From Paraspadella gotoi (lineage: Eukaryota > Animalia > Chaetognatha), in contig CM119266.1 in assembly GCA_051294375.1 (NCBI GenBank), positions 19,789,657-19,853,656 on the forward strand: a stretch of 64,000 bases of DNA, given 5' to 3'. Positions 54,336-64,000 of this stretch are shown here, one piece after another (within the stretch, counting starts at the first letter, position 1; every line of letters starts with the position of its first letter). The notes beneath the pieces are model-generated. The model saw nothing but the letters and a program-made list of their open reading frames with translations, ran no database searches and had not been told where the DNA came from. A program made the position numbers and the translations under genes.

Positions 54336-55528
54336 AATAAATACTTTGTTTAAAAAAGTGCTAAAAATTTAAATAAAAATTTGAATTTAAAACCAATGAG
54401 TTGGAAAATGAAATCCGATTTTAAAAGCCAACTTTCTCCACTCATTTTCAAGGCGTATCTTAACTGATCAATATAAAATTTGAACACATAAATGATTTTA
54501 ATATTTTCTACTCAACTAATTATTAAAATCAATGAAAAAACAACTGGTTTGCAAATGACAGCGTTTTTTTACCGGCGCTTGTAAAATTGTCACCATGAAT
54601 TGTACACAATGAACTAAATGAAATGGTTACAGTAAAAATTCGTTGTCAAAGAAAAAAAATAAAATTATTTTGGAGAACGTTATGTTGTAAAAAGTTTGAA
54701 ACTTTAGCCCATTTAAGCAAAACATAAGTTTGGTTAAAACAAAACAAAAAAAGTAAAAGTATGTTTCTCCTTCGAACTGCATTGCAATACGTCGAAAGCT
54801 CGATGTGAAACTCATTCACTTAACTTTTCCAGCTTTCCCTCTTTCCTCCCTCGAGATTTCCGACTTTGACGACATTTTCCATATTCGCCTCTTTTTACCT
54901 TTTTCTCTTCTTTTCACTCCTACTCTTCCTCCTCTTCCTCCTCTTCTTCCTCCTCTTCCTCCTCACTTTCGTCCACATTTTTCGAGTCGTAATTCTCTCC
55001 TTTCAATTTCCCAGTCGTGCAATATCTTCTCATATCTTACGCTTAATCGCAAGTTTTTTTTTTCGTCGGAACTTTGAAGTTTAGTAAATTTTTTTAAAGT
55101 AAACCTATGTGATTTAATATTTTTATTCTAAGTATTCAGTCGAGACTCGCACGTTTCCAACTTGCTGAGCTTAATAGTTAATGTCTTCATAAGCTCTGTG
55201 GCAAACAACAAAAACGAGCGCAGCTTCGTCTTGAAGTTGAAGGAAATTTACGTTTTCTTCGAAGAAACCGCGCCGCGGTATATCTCATTTTCCAGTTTTT
55301 CTTGACTATGTATCTCAGGCTTGAGTTAAGTCGCCTCAACAACAACTAATACTAAAAAAACTATAGACGAATTCCGATGCAGTACGTGTCATAAATATAC
55401 GGGCTAAGAAAGTTATTGTAGTCAGGTTATATCACGTCATGTCATGTCATGTCACGAGAAATACACGTGATGAGGCAGTCACTGCGGCGCAACACATTTG
55501 AATTACCGTTCTTGTTTATTATTATTAT

Positions 55529-55575
<47 letters not shown>

Positions 55576-55872
55576 TTATAACATTGTATAACCTAGTATA
55601 ACATATTATACCACTTCATTGATAGGGAAGCCAGGTACTCTGGAGTAAATAGAAAACACCAAAATCATTTGTATAACTAATATAAAAATTATCTATTCAT
55701 TTAATAATATGCTTTCTTGTCCCTGACGTTGGACGGGCTATGGCGGGTGATACAGTTTTTTTGTTTTTTTTGTTTTTTTTTGGTTTAAATTAGAGATATC
55801 AAAACAGTTCCTACATGTTTTCCCCATTTGTTGTGGTTCGAAAGCTAAGACAAAGAAAGAGTGATAAAGAGA

Positions 55873-55922
<50 letters not shown>

Positions 55923-56236
55923 ATAGGTTAAAAAAAGAAAGAGAGATTAAACAAGAAAGGAATAAGATATCTCATAAATGAAGCGATACTAATACTAATT
56001 GGTTGCACTCAAATACTAATTAGTTGCATTCGATTTCATGAGAGCCCAAAAGAAAGAAAGGCGTTTACCGTTTAGCGTGCGAAGACTAACTTCGCCGCGA
56101 AGAACACCTTCGACTTCATCTTAATTTTAATCTTAATTTTAATTTTAATCTTAATTTTAATTTTAATTTTCATCTTAATCTTCATCTTAATTTTCTCCGT
56201 CGATCACGAATTCTCTTTTCTCCCTTTTCTCTCTTT

Positions 56237-56501
56237 NNNNNNNNNNNNNNNNNNNNNNNNNNNNNNNNNNNNNNNNNNNNNNNNNNNNNNNNNNNNNNNN
56301 NNNNNNNNNNNNNNNNNNNNNNNNNNNNNNNNNNNNNNNNNNNNNNNNNNNNNNNNNNNNNNNNNNNNNNNNNNNNNNNNNNNNNNNNNNNNNNNNNNNN
56401 NNNNNNNNNNNNNNNNNNNNNNNNNNNNNNNNNNNNNNNNNNNNNNNNNNNNNNNNNNNNNNNNNNNNNNNNNNNNNNNNNNNNNNNNNNNNNNNNNNNN
56501 N
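56237..56501. other. Assembly gap (265 N)
   Basis: Run of N flanked by a pyrimidine tract and a G run. Confidence 1.
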
Positions 56502-56794
56502 GGGGGGGGTGGGCCCTCTTCGTCCCGATGGAGACGAAGGGCGTAACACGGAAAGACGGCTGTTGGCGTTACCGGAAACGGGGATTTAGGGTCACGGGAG
56601 TCGAGACTAGAGTGGAAAGAACTGGATCGTAGGCGGCAACCGAAGGCGGCCCGGAGTTGCCCTGCTCTATTTGACGGCTTTTTCGAAAAACAATTGACTT
56701 TTTTAGAAGAGAAAAGCGAGAGACTGAGACAGAGAACGACTGAGAGATGAGACCGACCTGAGAAGAGCAGAGCAAGAGCACGAGAGAGAGAGAG

Positions 56795-56836
<42 letters not shown>

Positions 56837-58405
56837 CATTATTGGGCCCATCATCGCGCGGGACGCTGTAATTGATGGCTTGGGATTTGATTGTCCAGGG
56901 GTTTTCCCAGTTAAAGCGAGAGGCGTGTTCGCCCTCTGCGTCGGAACGGCAGCCGCCATTTTTTTTTTTTTTTCTTTGTTTTTTTTTTTTGGTTATACGA
57001 TTGGAAGCGAAAAGAAAGGAGACGAAGAAAATCACGAACAATCGAGCAAAAAGAAACAAAGATAATTTTTCGAATTAAATGTAAATCGACGTCATTCCTA
57101 CGATGCGCATTAGAGTGGAGCACTCAAGAACAAGAAACTTAATTGAATGATCGAACAAGGATTTTTAGATGTGAGATAGTATGATTAACAAGTACAAAAA
57201 ATATTTTGTTCATATTGTCTCGGGAACCGAATAGTAAAATATAATATATTTGTGATACTATTCTTAAATTTATCGATTTTATAAGGATATTACTATATTG
57301 AATATGGAATTTACTATACAGTTATGCTAAAAAAAATTTAAAATTTGTTAATTATACATTCATAGGCAGCCAAAAAATAATGTTCAATCGCTCATCTTTT
57401 CATCACTCCACCCTAATGCGTATGCTTAAAACTTATCATAAAAGTAATAAACCATGAGATGCTTCTTGAACATATGTTTCGCTATATTGTAGTCTCGTTG
57501 TCATTTGAAAATGCATCCACGAAAGAAAGTCACAGTGGCGCAACGCCCAGAACTGGCCGCTTCTAATTTTAGTTGACAAATAGGTGATCAATTGATCACT
57601 GATCAATCATATAAGATGCTTGTTGAGCATAAGTTTCATACATATTGGTAAGTAGTATATACGTTTATACCTATGTACGTAAAATTGTGGGAAAAAAACG
57701 TAGCGACTGTACAATGTATAACATTGTACAATGTACATTGTAAGTGTTCAAGGGTATATATATAATATATATATATATTATTTTCCCAATTTTACGTTGC
57801 ATGATCAAATTCTCGGACTTTCGAACTCAAAGTCTATTCGGGTGAAAAAAGAAAAAAAAAGGATTCTCGGCGGAGAAAGAAGCGAAGTTTTCCAAGTTCT
57901 CTCTCTTTTTTTTTTTTTCTCGGCAGGGTTTCATTCAAGTAGTCGGCTCGTCGACCGGAGAATTTTATCGCTGAGAAAACGCGAACACAAATTCGGCGCC
58001 GAGAAGAAAATGAAAAAAAATCTTCGTGAAAAATGAAAACGAGAGCGAAAATTAATGAATAGAAAATGAAGACAACAAAATAGCAAGTCTGGAGAGACAA
58101 AGAAAAAAAAGGGAGGAAAGATATTAAATAGGAAATAATGATGAGGATGAAATTGAATGGGAAGATAGAAGAGACAGGGGGGGAGAGGGAGAAGAAGAAA
58201 AGGGGAGGGCAGAGAGAGAGAGAGAGAGTCAGAGGGGTAAAAAGGAAAATTAGGCGCCACGAAGGTTGAAATTTAGTTTTTTTTTAAAAAATGCCGCGGT
58301 TTTCTGGTTCTACCGGCTAAAACCCGCGGTTCCGTTTTTTTTTTTTCCCGCCGCCTCAAAACCGCATCGTCGTTTTTCTTAATTAACTTTGCATCTCTAT
58401 TTTTT

Positions 58406-58442
<37 letters not shown>

Positions 58443-59324
58443 TACAGTGACGCGTTTGCTTTCTCTCTTTGAATGCTTTTGAGTTAAGCAATGCGTCTTC
58501 TACATGGGTGCGACATGGGTGTCGAGTCTGGCCCTAGTTTTAAAAATAGTTTTAAATGAAGCGATAACGGAATATTTAATGGAATGATAATGACTTAGAT
58601 TTAAATAAATATTGATCTCGGTAACACAGAAATCAGAATCATTGGTAAATCCTTTACGTAATAATAGATATGAAATGGTATATATAATTCGTTCTCAAAT
58701 TTCAAATAGATTATTGTCTTTAGTTAACACCCACCTATTTACTGTTTATCAACCGTGTTCGTGTTCACTCAAAATGATGGTTTTTTATTACTTTTTCTTG
58801 GTAATTAATAAAGAGCGACCTATATAGAGCTGATTATTAATGGTGTCTGCTTACAGCAGCCATGACTCTAAAAATTTAAATCACGTAGTCGGCTTTTTTA
58901 AATAAAATTATTTAAAATAACTTCGGACATCTAATGTCATGGATCAAATTTTTAATACACTTTTATTCGCAATACTTATTAAACAGGCGCGATTTAAAAT
59001 GCAGAGTATGACTGCGGTGAATGGCGAAGGTTAAAACTTACAACGTCGAGAAAATTGCCTCGCTAAAACGTTGCGAGGGCGTCTGCTAGAGTCACAAAGG
59101 GCACAAAGGATACAACCAGAAACATATTAAGATCGCTTTTTTTTTGGAAAATCAAAAAAATCTTAATCTGGAATTTTAAATGGAATTTTATCCGGGGGCT
59201 AATACCCGCAAGCTGTTAAAGAAAAATATATTTTTTTAATTACTTCGTTACTGAAGACTAAAGACTGAAATGATAATTAACGAAAATTGGGCCTTATTTT
59301 CTCAAAACGCCTCTTAAATTCGGA

Positions 59325-59610
59325 ATTAGGTTACTTTTTTTAGTTAAAGATTAGGTTAGGGATTAGGTTAGTAAATAAGGCCAGGTTTATAATTTTTTTT
59401 ATTATTTATTTTATTATTTTTTATTTATTTTCTATTTAACTTGGTTTATAATTTTTTTTTTTGATTTTATTTTATTCTATTTATTTTCTATTTAACTTGG
59501 TTTATAATTAGGGTTAGGGATTCGGGTTGGAGTCTAGTGTTTAAGGTCATGGTTAGGGTTTAGGGATTAGGGATTAGGGTGAGGGACGAGGGACGGGGGT
59601 TAGGGATTGG
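59325..59610 (+). repeat. Degenerate TTAGGG-like interstitial tract
   Basis: TTAGGGTTAGGG and GGATTAGGGATTAGGG units; similar tracts at ~150-215, 21110-21175, 27340-27420 and 62320-62700. Confidence 0.7.
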
Positions 59611-62480
59611 TCATATTGATCATAGAATCAATAGATTAAAAGTAAAATTAAAAGTAAAATTGTCAAACGCTTCCGCCATTTATCATTAAGTTTTTTTTCG
59701 CATTATTTTTTTCCCTCTTCTACACATACTAGTCATAGTAGTCATACCCATAGAAAGTTTCTTTCTTCCCGCTTATTTTTGGGTAAGTTTTAAAGGACTC
59801 ATCTCTCTTTCTTACTTTTATTTCATTCGAGTCAATTTATGCGAAGGTATTTTTCAAAAAGAAAAATAGTTTTTCCCCTTTTTTTGTAGTTTAAAAAAAA
59901 AAACCGAATCTGAATCGAAATAAAACTTTAGATTAAATTAACTCAACCAAAACCAGAAACAGATTTCAACATCTAACGGGGAAAAAAAAGAAGAAAATAA
60001 CTCAAGAATGAAATCTCTTTCTGAAACGTCACCTCTTTGCGTGAAACTTTTTCACGTTCATGACGGCGTAAGAAATTCTTTTCCTTGTCGTTGTCTGGTT
60101 AAGATTGGTAGTTGGATCTTCTTATTGCAGATTCTTATTCTATTATTCACTTTGTCGGTCTGTCGGACCGGGCATCACGGCTTTACTCAGAGCTACCGGG
60201 TCAAGACTGAACCTGGGGTCCTGGGAAGTACCCGCTGTTAATACTAATAATTGTAAATTTATGTCTTAACGGAAATTTTCTTATGGTTAATTCTCGTCTC
60301 GCAGATCTTTTAATGGTTTAATGCTTTGACTAGTTCATTAGCATCGATTTACAGTATTCTAATTTAAATTATAAGCGCATTAAACCTTACTCTTAAATAA
60401 ATCTGCATACAGTGATGGAGGCATTCCGAGTGAGTCGGAAGGAGAGAGAGAGAAAAAGAAGGTGACAGAATAAGAGTGAAAGAGCGAGAGCGAGCGAGAG
60501 TTTTTATGTTTTTACATATTGTCGCAGCCGCGATCTTAAGACGGATATGAAGCCTCCTAGCTCCACCTGCGCTTCTTTTTGATTGGTTCCGGCTTCTTTC
60601 CAATTGCGGTACTGTTGCTCTTAATTTCTTTTTGGGTTCTTTTGTTTGTAATTTCGGTTTTTTTAATTAAATTCCGTGCGATGGCGATTAGTGTACGAAA
60701 TGCATTAGACCCACTGGATAGTATTAGTTTAATATTTAAAAGTAAAGAGGAAAATTGTTATGGGTTCTCTTCAGATTTAACCATTTTATTATTTATGAGA
60801 TGAAAGCGAAAACCAGCCTTGTCACGATAACGTTGCATGCGTTGCTTTCAACGAAGTGACAAGATTCTCAAAAATATTTAAATGCGCAGAGAATTTTTTT
60901 TTTTTAAATTGAGTTTTGGAAACCCTCGTCTGTTCTGTTTAATGTTTAATGTTCTGTTTTTAACTTAAAAAAAAATTACTAAGTCGAAACGCGATGACAA
61001 ATAAAAAATTGCCAATATACTTGAAGGATAGAAACTTGTAAGAGAAGATATGTGGTACAATTGTACATTTCACAAAAGTGAGTTATGTGTAATTTCGAAA
61101 TGAGAAAAATTCTTTCAAAATACGCGTCTCGAGGATTTACAATTCTTAAGGGAGTTTTTGTGACTTTATGAAGGGCGGATCTTTCATTTGACTTTTTTTT
61201 CTTTTTCCCGTCAGGTGTCAGTCGCTTGATTGATGAAAAATATTCTGCTTTCTCTCTTGCTCTCTTTTCGTCTCTCGGGAGAAAGGGAGACAATTGTCAG
61301 ACTCAATCTCGTCCACGGCTCGCGTTCTTCCTCTTTTTTCTTGTTAGTTTCTTTTCACGCCACATTTTACCAAATTTCTCATATAATTACAAATCGCAAA
61401 TCTTTATTTTTCGATCCAGAGTTACGTATAAATTAAATTAGATTTTTACATAAAAAAGATTTATATACAGGGAGGTCCAGCTCTTTTGGGACTAACTTAA
61501 TGATAGCACAATCAATTAAAAAGATTCACATTCGGCAACCCTGACCTTTTCTAAGTGCTCAGACAAGGCTTTTGGGACCACGCCCGTTGGGAATGCTGTC
61601 ATTTTTGTCACTATTCTTGCTGTCGGTAGATCAACAGTTCTAGAGAGGATGCGTGGGATATTCTGCTTCTGTATCCTACATTTTCATCAATCAGAGGGAT
61701 TTCAGTCAGAAAAACTGCGCGGCCAAAAGTCAGAAGTCACCATCCTTCATCTGAATTTTCCTAAATTTTGTAAGGAAGTGGCGCGAAGAATTTAGACATA
61801 TTATGCAAAAAGTTTCAATGTCAGTAGTTTCTGTTGGATTATCCTGACGTTTTTGATATCAATCAAAAGAAAATTTAACCTAGTTTTAAAATATAGTCTC
61901 GTTTTTCTTCTATCATAAACCATTTTTGTGCTGTTAGCACTTAAAGGAATTTCTTATTTCTTACTCCCACCAAGAATCATATTTTTCTAGAGTTCTACAA
62001 TTAATATAGTCTTCGAAACTTCATCGTAGGAAACAGAACTCGCATCTAATACGGAAAAGATAAAAAAGATCACAATGAAAGTGACGCTCTGTTTAAAAGG
62101 GCACGCCAACGACATCTGGCGGAGAGCGAAAAATATTTGAAGTCAGTTCGGTACAAAGACCAGATTATGACTAAAGAGGAATCAAGCATAGCTTGAGAGA
62201 AAATGAGAATTACCGCGACAGCGATTTTAAGGAAGGAGAAGGAACGAACGAAGTTAACTTGGAATAAGTTAGTTTAGTTAATAGGTTAATAAGTTAATAA
62301 GTTAATAATTTAGTTCGTTTTTAGGTTTAAAGATTAAATTAAAGGTTAATTTAAGGATTAAGGTTAGAGACTAAGGTTTACGGTTTAAGGTTAGGGTTAA
62401 GGTTTGGTTAGGGATTAGGGTTAGGAATTATAGTTTAGGTTTTCATGGTATAATCCTTTCTTTCGTTGTTTTTGAGAGAA

Positions 62481-62641
62481 TAACAAAGTTTTGATTTAAT
62501 TTGTACAACGATTTTATTTTTGTATCTTAGCAGACATGTTTCGGCTCATAAGGCTCATTAAGGCTCGAATTTATGAGCCGAAACATGTCTGCTAAGATAC
62601 AAAAATAAAATTGTTGTACAAATTAAATCAAAACTTTGTTA
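62481..62641. mobile_element. Near-perfect palindrome from the hammerhead/pLTR-like family
   Basis: 71-bp arms (62481-62551 and 62571-62641, 1 mismatch) with a 19-nt spacer. Contains GGCTC-gaatttat-GAGCC-GAAACATGTC, but the core reads CTCATTA instead of CTGATGA. Confidence 0.8.
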
Positions 62642-64000
62642 GTTTAGGTTTTAAAACGAATTAGGGTTACGTTAGATAGTATAGTTAAAATTAAAATAAT
62701 GGATTGAGGAAAAGAGATCGGGTATTTTGGGAAAAAGATCCAAGACGTCTTTTGTTATAACCTTGGTATTCTAAAATTTGTCAAAATGGCGGGCAAGACT
62801 TATTGTGTTTTTTTGTTTGTTTAATATTTTTATAAATAATATGCAAAAAATATTGTTATTTGAAAAAAGAATCAATGTCTTATTTTTTGACTGTATCAAG
62901 CTGAAAATTTGTACAACTTTAAATTAACATATTATCTTATATTCGTTGATATTAATTCCTCTTGATGCGGCCTTTTTCGAATTATTATTACTCTCTGAAA
63001 ATTTCGTGGTAATCATTGTTCTTAGCCTCGTCAATCGAACTGGCGCCACCTTTTCTCTAAATTCGAGCTGCAATCAAGATTGGAGCGTCGAAGCGGAATT
63101 CACTTCGTTTCGCCGTCACGAGATTTAACGCGGTCTACCTGGATCGTGAGAGTGTGAGAAGCGAAGTGGCAGTTAGTTCTTGCGAGAGCATGCTCGCTAA
63201 GATAAAGGGTTCATCGAACTCGAAAAATTAAAAAAAAATAGTTTTCTCTCTTATGGATTCTGTGAAGAAGTGGTTCCTGTCGCTCGATCCTCGAATGATC
63301 TTCACTGAGCAGTGAGCACTGAGCAGACTGAGCGAGCATAACGAGGCAATTTTTAATAAATTGTGGTCAATTTTTTTTTTTTTTTTTGACAAAGTATTTT
63401 TACTTTTTCTCATCAGTGCCATAGTGAATTTGTTCATTTGGAGTCATTTTGGGACTTAATAGTTTCCTCTCGCCTGTCCTTCAGAATTTTATGTCTCCCG
63501 CTTGTCGCTTTACCGCTCCGTCGGCTCCCGGCACCTGTATTCGCCTCGATATCGCTTTCAGAATATATAATGTATAATATAATATAATATAATATAATGT
63601 AGCGATTATTAATTCGCAGGTGCTTCAAAAATAAACCTGTCACATCCAGCTTCGTCTGCTCGTCGACTGACGCCGCGGCAATCGCTCGGTTTGTCGGCTC
63701 GACACGACGCGTCTCTGGATTCATGATTTCTTCTGACGCATGGTTGTCTGTGCGGAAAAAAAATATTCGCAGCTGCGTTCGATGACTCGAGGCCGCGCCG
63801 GCCGCGGCTTCGTTTGACTGCCTCGGTTACAGCTGCAGCTTTATTCCTGTGCATCCGATTAAACGCTGCTTTCATTTCGTATGTCTCAATTGCTCAAGAA
63901 CTGGCTCCTCCGTACATACGTGTAATTGACTTGTCTTAGCAGGGTTTAAATTGCCATAATTTATTCAACCGTCAGCAAGGTTGAAAGGTGAATAAGATAT

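Noticed and set aside
63060-63200. ZnT/SLC30-like C-terminus (HTLTIQLE)
   Set aside because: Only a short resemblance that depends on an assumed splice; no upstream CDF motifs are found in the window.

Overview
AT-rich eukaryotic (animal, probably invertebrate) genomic DNA with spliceosomal introns, many microsatellites and one 265-N gap. I hand-assembled six intron-containing genes in the first 38 kb using GT-AG sites and reading-frame phase: a TALE homeobox gene of the PKNOX/Prep class (+), a divergent rhodopsin-like 7TM receptor (+), a small Maf bZIP factor (-), an unusual ~1196-aa protein with one CH domain and one filamin repeat (+), an unknown ~289-aa protein (+), and an EF-hand-pair protein with an unassigned C-terminal domain (+). 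From ~38.2 kb to the end no protein-coding gene could be supported. Several dispersed repeat families are present: tRNA-derived SINEs, Helentron/HINE-like elements, a hAT MITE with TSD, other MITEs and degenerate TTAGGG tracts. The most striking non-genic signal is a family of minimal type I hammerhead ribozyme motifs (CUGAUGA-N-stem II-GAAAC-AU-GUH) with covarying stems, each inside a locally near-perfect inverted repeat, resembling Penelope-like retroelement pLTR or retrozyme remnants. All gene models are manual predictions without transcript evidence.
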